Shown here: positions 10,022 through 19,986 of the stretch, one piece after another
Layout of the letters: each line of letters opens with the position of its first letter
How positions within the stretch are numbered: position 1 is the stretch's first letter
NCBI GenBank assembly: GCA_045595895.1
Contig: JAZOBJ010000029.1
Span: 1-55,354, forward strand
DNA length: 55,354 nt
Source: Candidatus Alloscybalousia sp.
Lineage (GTDB): Bacteria > Bacillota_I > Bacilli_A > RF39 > UBA660
Direction: 5' to 3'
The notes under the pieces: model-generated
What the model saw: only the letters and a program-made list of their open reading frames with translations
Told to the model about the DNA's origin: nothing
Databases searched by the model: none
Position numbers and translations under genes: made by a program

Positions 10022-10720
10022 TTATTCAAACGTTTTATTTTTCATAAACTCTCTTAGTATCTTAGTAAGTGCTCTCTTTTCAATACGAGATACATAACTC
10101 CTAGAAATCTTTAATTCTTTAGCTATCATCTTTTGCGTTAATTCCTTTGTATTATTAAGGCCATATCTCCTTATAATAATTTCCTTTTCCCTATTATTTA
10201 AAACATTCAAATAATCATTTAATAATTTAATATTATCTTTCTTATTTATTTCATCAACATAATCAGGTTTAGGCGCCTTTAAAATATCAAGAATAGTAAT
10301 CTCATTACCATCTTTATCAAAACCAATAGATTCATTTAATGATACATTTTTTAAGTTTTTGTTGTTTGAACGAAAATACATAAGTATTTCGTTTTCAATA
10401 CACCTAGCACAATAAGTAGTTATCTTAGTTCCATGTTTATTTGAAAAAGAATCAACTCCTTTAATTAAACCAATAGTACCAATACTAATTAAATCATCAC
10501 TATCTTCATTTTTAGAATCATACTTCTTTACAATATGTGCTACTAATCTCAGATTATGTTCAATAAGTTTATTTCTTGCATCCTTATCACCCTTCAAATG
10601 TTTTTCTATATACATTTCTTCTTCCTCCTTAGTTAAAGGATCAGGAAAAACATTATTAGAATATGATGCAGTTAAAATAGAAAAATTCTTAAATAAAAAC
10701 TGTATTATTTTTTTAAACAT
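10022..10720 (-). CDS. sigK: Pro-sigma K, intact (no skin element)
   Basis: Pro-sequence then NNVFPDPL, NLRLVAHIVKK, CIENEILM and ISRSYVSRIEKRAL; start set at MFKK. Confidence 0.92.
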   Translation of the reverse strand: MFKKIIQFLFKNFSILTASYSNNVFPDPLTKEEEEMYIEKHLKGDKDARNKLIEHNLRLVAHIVKKYDSKNEDSDDLISIGTIGLIKGVDSFSNKHGTKITTYCARCIENEILMYFRSNNKNLKNVSLNESIGFDKDGNEITILDILKAPKPDYVDEINKKDNIKLLNDYLNVLNNREKEIIIRRYGLNNTKELTQKMIAKELKISRSYVSRIEKRALTKILREFMKNKTFE

Positions 10721-10735
10721 AAAATCACCTAATAA

Positions 10736-10764
10736 ATAATATGTCAAAATTTGTATCTAAATAC
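10736..10764 (-). promoter_or_regulatory. Putative SigE/SigK-type promoter of sigK
   Basis: ATT-16 nt-CATATTAT. Confidence 0.45.
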
Positions 10765-10777
10765 AAAAAAAGAGGAA

Positions 10778-12196
10778 TTAATCCTCTTTAAAATATTCTT
10801 TAATAACATCTAGATCACAATATGGCAAATATTCATTACCAATAGCCATATAATTATCAGTACCCTTACCAGCTACTAAAACAATATCATTTTCATTAGC
10901 CATTTCAAAAGCCTTATAAATAGCTTCCTTTCTATCAACGATAATTTCATAATTATCTTTACTAGATAAACTAACTAAATCTTTAACAATATCTAAAACA
11001 TTCTCATTTCTTGGATCATCCATCGTAAATATAACATAATCAGATTTATCCAAAACAAGTTTGCCCATTGGACCTCTTTTTTCTTTTTCTCTACCACCAG
11101 CACTACCAGTTATAGTAATAAGTCTTCCTTGCTTAATACCACATAGTAAATCAAAAAGTTTAGAAAAAGCATCAGTAGTATGTGCATAATCCAACACAAC
11201 ATTAAACCTTTGACCAAAATCTAAAAACTGTACTCTACCACTTGGCACTTCTATCCTAGGTAGTCTTCGAATGATTTCTTCCATACTATAATCAAATGTA
11301 ATTAAAGTAAGTATTGCTGCACACAAATTATAAACATTGAATTCTCCTAATAGAGGTGAAACAAAACTATATAATTTATCTTGATATTTCAAAGTAACTG
11401 AAGTATTTTTTAATGTTAATTTTATATCAACAATTTGTAAAGTAGAATCTTTCTTACCATACGTTAAAATAGTCCCTTTAGCAACCACTCTCATTTCATC
11501 ATAATGATTATCATCAACATTTAAAATAGAATAACCATCATCACAAACTTGTTTAAATAATTCTTTCTTACATGAAACATAATTTTCAATAGTCTTATGA
11601 ATATTTAAATGATCCTCAGTAATATTAGTAACAACACCAACTCTAAATTTTATATTATCAAGTCTTTTACGATAAAATGCTTCTGATGAGGTTTCCATAC
11701 TTAAAACACTGCATCCATTATCAACAAATCTTTTGAAATAACCATAAAGTCTATCAGCATCAGGTGTAGTATTACGAATAGATTCATTAAACTTATTACA
11801 AATAATACCATTAGTACCTAAATAACCACACGTATCATTACCAATTAAATTTTGAATAATTGAAGCAACCGTTGTCTTACCATTAGTACCTGTTATTCCT
11901 ATAATAGCTAATTCTTCTTCAGGCAAATCATAGAATCTACTAGCTAAAAGTGGTAATTCTTTATTAGTATTTTCTACTTTAATAGTAGGAATATTAACAT
12001 TTACATCTTTTTGGACAACTAATGCTGAAGCACCAGCAGCTATTGCTTCATCTATAAAATCATGTCTATCTGCAGTAATACCCATTGTACATACAAAAAT
12101 ATCTCCTGGTTCAATCTCTTTAGAATTAATCTTAATTCCTTTAATTAAAACATCCTCACCAACAAAATTAGGATATAATTCACTTAACTTCTTCAT
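10778..12196 (-). CDS. murE: UDP-MurNAc-tripeptide synthetase
   Basis: GITGTNGKTT, TTPD, DYAHT, DDPR and AGKG motifs. Confidence 0.93.
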   Translation of the reverse strand: MKKLSELYPNFVGEDVLIKGIKINSKEIEPGDIFVCTMGITADRHDFIDEAIAAGASALVVQKDVNVNIPTIKVENTNKELPLLASRFYDLPEEELAIIGITGTNGKTTVASIIQNLIGNDTCGYLGTNGIICNKFNESIRNTTPDADRLYGYFKRFVDNGCSVLSMETSSEAFYRKRLDNIKFRVGVVTNITEDHLNIHKTIENYVSCKKELFKQVCDDGYSILNVDDNHYDEMRVVAKGTILTYGKKDSTLQIVDIKLTLKNTSVTLKYQDKLYSFVSPLLGEFNVYNLCAAILTLITFDYSMEEIIRRLPRIEVPSGRVQFLDFGQRFNVVLDYAHTTDAFSKLFDLLCGIKQGRLITITGSAGGREKEKRGPMGKLVLDKSDYVIFTMDDPRNENVLDIVKDLVSLSSKDNYEIIVDRKEAIYKAFEMANENDIVLVAGKGTDNYMAIGNEYLPYCDLDVIKEYFKED

Positions 12197-13079
12197 TTTT
12201 ACCTCCTAAAACTTTATAAGGTTTCATTTTACTAGGATCTTTCGAATACCTCTTATAAATAGCTAATAACTCTTTATCGTTATTAAAAATTAAAACCAAA
12301 TCACTATGAGTATTAAGTTCTAAAACCATACCATTAAGAACTTTTTTACTAGTTACATCATCAACTATTAATCTATCATAATTGATTAAAGCATCTTCTA
12401 TTTTTAATAATCGACTATCACTAATATCCTCTATAGAAATAGCACTATCTAATGAAAATACACCTTGTTTTTCCCTAAGCAAATTCTTCATTGTACACGA
12501 AAAACCAAGTTTGACACCAATATCTCTTATTAAGCTTCTAATATATGTTCCCTTACTAACATGTGTTCTAAAAGAAAAAGTAAAATACCCATCTTGAAAA
12601 TGTAAATCGTCTAAAAACTCAATATCTAATACTTCAACTTCTCTTTTTGGAAGTTCTACTTCTTCATTATTTCTAGCATATTCATGAAGTCTTTTTCCAT
12701 TAACATGTACTGCTGAATATTTAGGAACTTCTTGCATATATTTACCTTTAAAACTATTAACAACTTCTCTAACAAATTCACTATCTAAATTCTCTATATT
12801 ATATGTATTTAAAACATTACCAGTGACATCTAAACTATCAGTCTCAAGTCCTACTACTACCTCAGCTTTATATACTTTAGTATCACTAGTTAGAAGTTCA
12901 ATAATCTTACACCCATCATTAACACCAAGCACTAATACACCAGTTGCAATAGGATCAAGTGTCCCAGTATGACCAATATGTTTAGTACCTAACTTTCCAC
13001 ACGCGATATTAACAACATCACGACTAGTCATATTCTTTTCTTTATTAATAACTAAAATTCCACTTTTCATATACATCAC
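12180..13079 (-). CDS. truB: tRNA pseudouridine(55) synthase
   Basis: GHTGTLDP, PKYSAV and SKGTYIRSL motifs. Confidence 0.95.
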   Translation of the reverse strand: MMYMKSGILVINKEKNMTSRDVVNIACGKLGTKHIGHTGTLDPIATGVLVLGVNDGCKIIELLTSDTKVYKAEVVVGLETDSLDVTGNVLNTYNIENLDSEFVREVVNSFKGKYMQEVPKYSAVHVNGKRLHEYARNNEEVELPKREVEVLDIEFLDDLHFQDGYFTFSFRTHVSKGTYIRSLIRDIGVKLGFSCTMKNLLREKQGVFSLDSAISIEDISDSRLLKIEDALINYDRLIVDDVTSKKVLNGMVLELNTHSDLVLIFNNDKELLAIYKRYSKDPSKMKPYKVLGGKNEEVK

Positions 13080-13128
13080 ACACTTATTTTACCAAAACCT
13101 AAAGAAAAAAACTACTTATTATAGTAGT

Positions 13129-14025
13129 TTAACTGTAAAATGACACAATATCTTCCTTTAAATTTTCATTAAAAACTTGATCTCTTATCATTTGTATTTC
13201 CTGTTTATAAGGAGCATAATCACCATTAATATAAGGTGATTCCAAAATCTTAGGAACATTTTTCAATCTTTCGTTGTAGACAATATCAATTAAGGTATCA
13301 AAACCAATAGTACCAAAACCAAAATTTTCATGTCTATCCTTATGTGAACCCTTTTCATTTTTACTATCATTAATATGAATACACTTAATTTTATCAATAC
13401 CAATTATTTTATCAAATTCATCCAAAACAGCATCAAAGTTAGTAATATCATACCCACCATCATTTAAATGACAAGTATCTAAACATACACCTAATCTATT
13501 AGAATATTTAACACCTTCAATTATTTTTTTAATTTCAGAAAAATTAACCCCCAGTTCAGAACCCTTACCAGCCATTGTTTCAAGTAATACCATTGTATTC
13601 CCTTGATAAGAATCAAATACTTGATTAAGACCAATGATAATATTATTTATACCCTCTTCTACACCAACACCAACATGACTACCTGGATGTAATACCAAGT
13701 ACTTAATACCTAAACTATTGCATCTATTTAATTCTTCTCTTAAAAAAGACACACCAAAATCCAAGTTATTACGATTAGCCAAATTAATTATGTATGGGGC
13801 ATGAACAACAACATTATTTATATCAATACCATTATCTTTCATCATTTTCATAGCTTCAATCGTTTTAAAATCATCGATAGGTGCCCTATTAGTATTTTGT
13901 GGAGCACCAGTATAAAACATAAAAGTGTTACAATTATAAGAAATAGCTTCTCTTACAGAAGCTATTAATTGCTCATTTTTATTAAAACTAACATGTGATC
14001 CTAATATTAAATCATCATTTTTCAT
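13129..14025 (-). CDS. nfo: Endonuclease IV
   Basis: GSHVS, HAPYIINL, HPGSH, ETMAGKG, DTCH and HINDSK motifs; start set at MKND. Confidence 0.95.
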   Translation of the reverse strand: MKNDDLILGSHVSFNKNEQLIASVREAISYNCNTFMFYTGAPQNTNRAPIDDFKTIEAMKMMKDNGIDINNVVVHAPYIINLANRNNLDFGVSFLREELNRCNSLGIKYLVLHPGSHVGVGVEEGINNIIIGLNQVFDSYQGNTMVLLETMAGKGSELGVNFSEIKKIIEGVKYSNRLGVCLDTCHLNDGGYDITNFDAVLDEFDKIIGIDKIKCIHINDSKNEKGSHKDRHENFGFGTIGFDTLIDIVYNERLKNVPKILESPYINGDYAPYKQEIQMIRDQVFNENLKEDIVSFYS

Positions 14026-14026
14026 T

Positions 14027-14629
14027 CTATTGACATCCCTCTTTACTAAAAATAGTAGCATTCCAATTAAGTCTATTACCGTTTTCATCAACTGGTTGAA
14101 CATCGTTTAAACCACTAATTTCAGCATATTCACGATTATAACCATCAACGCTTCCACATAACGATTGAACTGTAACTTCCATCTTATTTTTAGCATTAGC
14201 AACAATCTTATCCGAAGCTAATTCACTCTCACTAATTAAAGGAATAGCATAATTTTTTGAATCTTGTAAAGCTAAATAATATTTATATTCTGGTTCTGTA
14301 CCTGTTCCAACATTTATAATAGCCACATAACATTTATTAGAAATATAGCTACCACCAAAAGGTGATTTTTTTTGAGATTTATCTAAGTTAGCAATATCAA
14401 ACATAACAATAGTAACATCATTACTGCGAACAGGAAAAGGATACATCTCACTAGTAGCATCATTTCTAACACTATTAATAAAGAGCCCCGCTTCAGATAT
14501 AATACTATTCTTTCTAGAATTAGTAATATATTGAGTAACCTTAGGAACAGCAACCATTAATAGTACACCCAAAATTACTATAACTGCTAATAATTCAATC
14601 AATGTAAAACCTCTCTTATTTAATTTCAT
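14027..14629 (-). CDS. Type IV pilin-like protein (prepilin 4 of 4)
   Basis: MKLNKRG|FTLIELLAVIVILGVL class III signal peptide. Confidence 0.88.
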   Translation of the reverse strand: MKLNKRGFTLIELLAVIVILGVLLMVAVPKVTQYITNSRKNSIISEAGLFINSVRNDATSEMYPFPVRSNDVTIVMFDIANLDKSQKKSPFGGSYISNKCYVAIINVGTGTEPEYKYYLALQDSKNYAIPLISESELASDKIVANAKNKMEVTVQSLCGSVDGYNREYAEISGLNDVQPVDENGNRLNWNATIFSKEGCQ

Positions 14630-14719
14630 ATTATCACACCCTAGTATAAATATAACATAACTATAATAAGTTATCAAGAATAAAAAAGAAAATAAAAAAG
14701 GTTCTATCACGAACCTTTA

Positions 14720-15301
14720 CTAACAACCTAAAGTACTATATATAGTTACATTCCATCCATTTAATGGTTGATATTTTTCTAAACCATTAATCTTTTTAAT
14801 TACTTTATATTCTCCACTTTCACTACCACACATAGCTGTAATAGGAGCCTTAGTACCACTAGTATTATTTCTTACTATCGAATCACGTTCAATATCCTCT
14901 TCACCAATTAATGATATTGTATATCTTTTAGAATCCCTAAGTGCTATATAATACTCATAATCAGGATCTTCATCAGTACCAACATTAACAATAGCTACAT
15001 AACTATATCTACTAAGGAAAGTACCGTTAAAAGAAGATTTTTTCTTACCTTTTTCTAATTTAATCATATCCAAAGAAACAATTGTAACATCATCAGTTCC
15101 AATCGGAAGCTCATATATTTCACTAGTTGCAGAATTACGAACACCATCTATTATTTCTTTAGCAGTAGCAACAAAGCTATCTTTTCTAGAATTAGTAATA
15201 TACTGAGATACTTTAGGAATAACCATAGCAAGTAAAATAGCTAAAATTACAATAACAGCTAATAACTCTATCAACGTAAACCCTTTTTTATTCTTTTTCA
15301 T
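14720..15301 (-). CDS. Type IV pilin-like protein (prepilin 3 of 4)
   Basis: MKKNKKG|FTLIELLAVIVILAIL. Confidence 0.88.
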   Translation of the reverse strand: MKKNKKGFTLIELLAVIVILAILLAMVIPKVSQYITNSRKDSFVATAKEIIDGVRNSATSEIYELPIGTDDVTIVSLDMIKLEKGKKKSSFNGTFLSRYSYVAIVNVGTDEDPDYEYYIALRDSKRYTISLIGEEDIERDSIVRNNTSGTKAPITAMCGSESGEYKVIKKINGLEKYQPLNGWNVTIYSTLGC

Positions 15302-15348
15302 ATCTACACCTCTTATAAAAGAAAAGTTGTCAAAAGACAACTATTTTA

Positions 15349-15909
15349 CTAATTTTCTACTTTATCAATCGTTATTTCAGTAGAACCAATTGTAATTTTT
15401 GAACTAGCAGTTGGTAAAGACATACCAGCAGTACCTAATTGTACTACATTTTCATCTTTTAATTCATTATATTCGATATAAGCAGCAGTAGCAACATTAG
15501 TAGTTGAATCAAGTGTTCCTATACCATAACCTTTTTTATCAACAGCAGCAATATAATATTCATATTTTGGTGCTTCTGAAGTTCCAGCATTAACAATTAT
15601 AACAAATGATTTTGTTGTATCCCATTCAGCATCATAAGATGAAGTTTTTCCTCCTTTTTCTAAAGATGGATAAATTTTACTAAATGTAACAACAGTAGCA
15701 TGACTTTGACTTACTGGAAATTGATATGTTCCAGCTAATGCATCAGTACGAGCTGAATCAGCATATTGTTTTACGTTACTAATAAATGTACTTTTCTTTG
15801 ATGAGTTAATATATTTAGTAACTGCTGGTACAGCTATAGCTAATAAAACTCCTAATATAACGATAACTGCTAATAATTCAATTAATGTAAAACCTTTCTT
15901 ATTTTCCAT
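15349..15909 (-). CDS. Type IV pilin-like protein (prepilin 2 of 4; possible major pilin)
   Basis: MENKKG|FTLIELL; strong AGGAGG RBS and a hairpin downstream. Confidence 0.88.
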   Translation of the reverse strand: MENKKGFTLIELLAVIVILGVLLAIAVPAVTKYINSSKKSTFISNVKQYADSARTDALAGTYQFPVSQSHATVVTFSKIYPSLEKGGKTSSYDAEWDTTKSFVIIVNAGTSEAPKYEYYIAAVDKKGYGIGTLDSTTNVATAAYIEYNELKDENVVQLGTAGMSLPTASSKITIGSTEITIDKVEN

Positions 15910-15992
15910 AATAAATTCCTCCTTTATCTTAACAATATAAGTATATCATTATCATTTTTATCTTGCAATCCATTTTTGACAATTTCTGTAAA

Positions 15993-16493
15993 TTAATAAG
16001 TTTTAATTACACCATTAATTCCAGTAATTTCTTTTATTTTAGTATCATCAGGTACATTAAAATTCTTTACAACCAAGCTCCTTCTATTTTCATTATCCAA
16101 TTTATCTTGATGAACTAAACTAATACCAATATTTCCATTATCATTATTAGCTATCAAATTAACATAATATTCTAAATATCCATCTTTACGAACAACCGCA
16201 ACATAAGAATCAGTTAAACTATAACTATTACCATCAGGATCTTTTTCTACATCATTAGTTCCCAAATATCCTAAAGTTATTTTGTAAATATCTGTAGAAG
16301 ATGGTTTATCAATATTACTATTTCTTATAGCATATTCAGCTTGCGTAATCAACTTTTTAGCATCAGCTAAATAACTATCCTTCTTACCTTTTTCTAAAAC
16401 TGACATAACATTAGGAACAGCTATTACCATAACTATAGACAAAATAACTATTACACCTAATAATTCTATCAACGTAAAACCTTTCTTATCCAT
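15993..16493 (-). CDS. Type IV pilin-like protein (prepilin 1 of 4)
   Basis: MDKKG|FTLIELLGVIVIL. Confidence 0.88.
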   Translation of the reverse strand: MDKKGFTLIELLGVIVILSIVMVIAVPNVMSVLEKGKKDSYLADAKKLITQAEYAIRNSNIDKPSSTDIYKITLGYLGTNDVEKDPDGNSYSLTDSYVAVVRKDGYLEYYVNLIANNDNGNIGISLVHQDKLDNENRRSLVVKNFNVPDDTKIKEITGINGVIKTY

Positions 16494-16638
16494 ACTTTCC
16501 CTCCTATTATATAATTATAAACAAAAAAAACTGATGCATCAACTTTTTTAAAAAAATAGTACCATGTTTTACACTATTAGAATGAATATACATAGTATAA
16601 AAATAATAATAATGAAAACAATAAATTTAGGTGATAAA

Positions 16639-18108
16639 ATGGAAAATAAATCAATTTGGGAAAATATATCAATTAAACAATTAAACAATGAATGTCCTAA
16701 TAATATTAATACGGATATTTTAATCATAGGTGGAGGAATTGCCGGATTATCTACTGCCTATTTTTTAATGGACAAAGACAAAAAAATAACTATTATTGAT
16801 AAAAGCACAATCGGCATGGGTATAACATGTAAAACTACAGCTAAATTAAATTATTTGCAAGGAACAATCTATCAAACATTACAAAAGTTCTTTGATACAA
16901 AGACTAGTAATCTATACTTACAATCGCAACTAGAAGCAATTAGTTTAATAAAAAAGATTATTGAAAAAGAAAAGATAAATTGTGACTTAGAAAAATGTAA
17001 ATCATATATTTTTACTAAAGAAGACAAAAATATTAAAAAAATTGATAAAGAAAAGGAATTATTAGAAAAATTTAATATTCAATGTAAACAAGTCAAAGAA
17101 TTACCAATAGACTTTCCTATAAAATATGGATTAGTAGTAGATGATACTTACACTTTTCATCCATTAAAATATATTGATAGTTTAAAAAAAACACTAATTA
17201 AAAAAGTTGATATATACGAAAATGTAATAGCATTAGAAATAACACCACAGGATGATAAAAGTTTTATTATTAAAACTGACAAAGGTGTTATCAACGCAAA
17301 ATATGTAGTTGTAACATGCCACTACCCTTTCTTTATTTTTCCAAGTATCGTCCCAATAAAAACCTATATTGAAAGAGAATATGTTAATAGTAGTAAATAT
17401 AATTTAGATGTAGAACCATTCACAGCAGTTAGTATCGATTCACACCTACATTCAATACGTTTTTATAAGGATTATATTATCTATGGTTCAAATAAACATC
17501 GTCTAACAAACAAAATAAAATATGAAAAAAACTATGAACAAAGTAAAATTGATTTTAAAAGATTATTTTCAAAAGAACCAGAGTATACTTGGATGAATCA
17601 AGATATAGTTCCCAACGATAATTTACCCATCATTGGAATAGCTGATAAAAAAAATCCAAATTTATTAATAGCTACTGCATTCAATAAATGGGGAATGACT
17701 AATGGAACTATCGCTGGAAAAATATTGAATGATATTATAAGTAAACAAAACAACGAATACATAAAACTATTTAATCCAAAAAGGATAAATCCATTAGGTT
17801 TCCTACAATCGATTATAGGAACATTCCATTATTCAAAAGTATACATACAAACTACAATCAAGAAAAACCCAATTTTTTATAATAATCATGTTTATGTAGT
17901 TAAAATAAATAACGAACTATATGGTGTATACTATGACTATTATGGAAAGAAACATATCGTTAAACATAAATGTCCACATATGAAATGTAATTTGGTATTT
18001 AATAACGAAGAAAAAACATGGGATTGTCCATGTCATGGTTCAAGATTCGATATAGATGGAAAAGTCATAGAAGGACCAGCAAATTACAATATTTCAACAA
18101 ATTTTTAA
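16639..18108 (+). CDS. FAD-dependent oxidoreductase with C-terminal Rieske domain (YhfW-like)
   Basis: IIGGGIAG, KWGMT, CPHMKC and WDCPCHGSRF motifs; start set at MENKSIW. Confidence 0.9.
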   Translation: MENKSIWENISIKQLNNECPNNINTDILIIGGGIAGLSTAYFLMDKDKKITIIDKSTIGMGITCKTTAKLNYLQGTIYQTLQKFFDTKTSNLYLQSQLEAISLIKKIIEKEKINCDLEKCKSYIFTKEDKNIKKIDKEKELLEKFNIQCKQVKELPIDFPIKYGLVVDDTYTFHPLKYIDSLKKTLIKKVDIYENVIALEITPQDDKSFIIKTDKGVINAKYVVVTCHYPFFIFPSIVPIKTYIEREYVNSSKYNLDVEPFTAVSIDSHLHSIRFYKDYIIYGSNKHRLTNKIKYEKNYEQSKIDFKRLFSKEPEYTWMNQDIVPNDNLPIIGIADKKNPNLLIATAFNKWGMTNGTIAGKILNDIISKQNNEYIKLFNPKRINPLGFLQSIIGTFHYSKVYIQTTIKKNPIFYNNHVYVVKINNELYGVYYDYYGKKHIVKHKCPHMKCNLVFNNEEKTWDCPCHGSRFDIDGKVIEGPANYNISTNF

Positions 18109-18174
18109 ACATTTTAACATTTTATCGAAGTAAATCACCAACTTTTAAACATAATCTTATTAGGAGGTGATAAA

Positions 18175-18924
18175 ATGTTATACACAAAAAATAAAGGAAT
18201 AACAAACGAAAATAACTTTATCGATTATTTTAAAAATAAAAAAGTTAATGAGTTAAATCCTATGGCATATTCATTAATAACAACACTATTTCCAAACGCC
18301 AAAGATAATGATATTATTAAAACTACTTACCGACTTGATAAAACAAAAAGTGATCTATTGCTAACAATTGATGATAATACAAAAAAAGTTAGTGTAAAAA
18401 ATGGTAGATGTAATTCCGTACATTTAGAAAGTATTGAAACATTTGTAGACTTTTTAAGGAAAAATAAAATTAGTGAAGATATTATTAAAGAGTTTTTATT
18501 TTATCATTACGCAGACGGAACAACCGATGGTACCGGAACAAAAAGAATATCAGTAAGTGAATACAAAGAAAATAATCAACACAAGATAGATTATATTAAT
18601 GAAGCATTCAACGATATGAATTTAATTACTAAAGCAATTGATAGATTTATCTTAGTTGGAAAGTTCTATGACTCGGTAGATGTAATAATATATGGCACAA
18701 TAGATGATTTTATATGGATAACTAAAGATGAAATATATAAATTGTTCTTAGATAAAAAAGATGAATATTCTACAGGGGTACATTTTGGGCCTTTATTTTG
18801 TCAACCTTGGACTAGAAATCTACAATATAAACAACAAGATGAATACAAAAGAAATTACGTACAAATTAAATGGTATAGTCTAGCAGATGATATTATAAAT
18901 GTAATGGCATTTGATAGAAATTAA
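18175..18924 (+). CDS. Putative PD-(D/E)xK nuclease, HinP1I/MspI-like
   Basis: N-terminal KGxxNE helix, KSD...SVK catalytic pattern and C-terminal QIKW. Confidence 0.6.
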   Translation: MLYTKNKGITNENNFIDYFKNKKVNELNPMAYSLITTLFPNAKDNDIIKTTYRLDKTKSDLLLTIDDNTKKVSVKNGRCNSVHLESIETFVDFLRKNKISEDIIKEFLFYHYADGTTDGTGTKRISVSEYKENNQHKIDYINEAFNDMNLITKAIDRFILVGKFYDSVDVIIYGTIDDFIWITKDEIYKLFLDKKDEYSTGVHFGPLFCQPWTRNLQYKQQDEYKRNYVQIKWYSLADDIINVMAFDRN

Positions 18925-18951
18925 TTTTTTTAAAAAAAAGATAAAAAGTTA

Positions 18952-18979
18952 TTGACAATTAATATTAGTATGATATAAT
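18952..18979 (+). promoter_or_regulatory. SigA promoter of tRNA-Gly(TCC)
   Basis: TTGACA-16 nt-TATAAT with extended TG. Confidence 0.8.
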
Positions 18980-19033
18980 TAATATTGTCTTTCGACTTAA
19001 TATAAAAAAGTCTTGGAAGGCGATATTAAAGAT

Positions 19034-19107
19034 GCGGATGTAGTTTAATGGTAGAACCTCAGCCTTCCAAGCTGACTACGTGGGTCCGATTCCCATCATC
19101 CGCTCCA
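19034..19107 (+). tRNA. tRNA-Gly(TCC), T-loop TCCGATT (C55)
   Basis: GCGGATG...CTTCCAA...CATCCGCTCCA cloverleaf. Confidence 0.93.
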
Positions 19108-19115
19108 TATGAAAT

Positions 19116-19145
19116 AAAGAACTATCTACTTAGATGGTTCTTTTT
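19116..19145 (+). terminator. Terminator after tRNA-Gly(TCC)
   Basis: AAGAACTATCT/AGATGGTTCTT stem plus T run. Confidence 0.8.
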
Positions 19146-19154
19146 CTATATATT

Positions 19155-19203
19155 ACCCACGTAGTCAACATAAATATTAATTCGTTTCTACCATTAAACT
19201 GCA
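19155..19203. repeat. Inverted two-block copy of tRNA-Gly(TCC)
   Basis: 19155-19167 is the reverse complement of 19073-19085; 19186-19200 is the reverse complement of 19042-19056. Confidence 0.85.
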
Positions 19204-19240
19204 AAAAGATACCGATATTTAAATATCAGTATCTTTTTTT
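19203..19240. terminator. Second terminator hairpin
   Basis: AAAAAGATACCGATAT/ATATCAGTATCTTTTTTT. Confidence 0.75.
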
Positions 19241-19379
19241 CTTAATTTATATAAATTCCAAAATAAATAAATTGGAGTCAACATACCAACGCCATCTTAT
19301 TAAACATCATATTAATTAACATTAGATTAATATACACGTATTATAGCATAGAAAAAAGTGAAATTAATTCACTTTCAAA

Positions 19380-19967
19380 TTAAAAACTATTAATAGTTGC
19401 AATAATAATATCTTCACTATCATTTAATATATCTATACCTCTAGGTCCATTTTCATCATATATTTGTATATTAACACCAAATAAATTGTTCTTAACATTT
19501 TTGAATGGTTCTTTTGTAAATATATTCTTTTTTAAATTTAATAAATAATTCACACATTCCTCTTTAGTAGAGAATTCATCAAAACTAACTTCAAAATAAC
19601 CATTATCCGTTTTTTTCAATAAAGTATCATTAATCTCACTTAAATAATATTGAAACAAAGTATCTAAATAAGTATCTCTCGTTCTTTTTGCACATGAAAC
19701 CTCTTCGTTACCATATACATATTCGTATACTTTAAATTCAATATCCATATTTTTTTCATAAACAGTTACTGAAGCTAAATCAAATATATTAGTACCATCA
19801 CCACAATCATAAGTACTATAAGTGATATCCATTACTTCAAAATTACCACTAGGATAATTCTTTTTTAAAAATTTCATTATATCCTTTTTATCAGTAATAG
19901 AATCCCCACAACCAGAACATAACAATATAAAACTAAAACAAAATAATCCTAATAAAAATTTTTTCAT
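19380..19967 (-). CDS. Hypothetical lipoprotein
   Basis: Lipobox LCSGC after a hydrophobic signal. Confidence 0.75.
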   Translation of the reverse strand: MKKFLLGLFCFSFILLCSGCGDSITDKKDIMKFLKKNYPSGNFEVMDITYSTYDCGDGTNIFDLASVTVYEKNMDIEFKVYEYVYGNEEVSCAKRTRDTYLDTLFQYYLSEINDTLLKKTDNGYFEVSFDEFSTKEECVNYLLNLKKNIFTKEPFKNVKNNLFGVNIQIYDENGPRGIDILNDSEDIIIATINSF

Positions 19968-19986
19968 AAATATCTACTCCTCACAT

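Noticed and set aside
10022-10720. skin-like interruption of sigK
   Set aside because: The reading frame is continuous and no recombinase is nearby
15323-15341. AAGTTGTC/GACAACT hairpin also seen near 54240, considered as a dispersed repeat
   Set aside because: Both lie right after stop codons and are adequately explained as terminators
19276-19295. Second AGTCAACATA copy and an 8-nt complement to tRNA-Cys, considered as a mini-array
   Set aside because: Matches are too short and there are only two units
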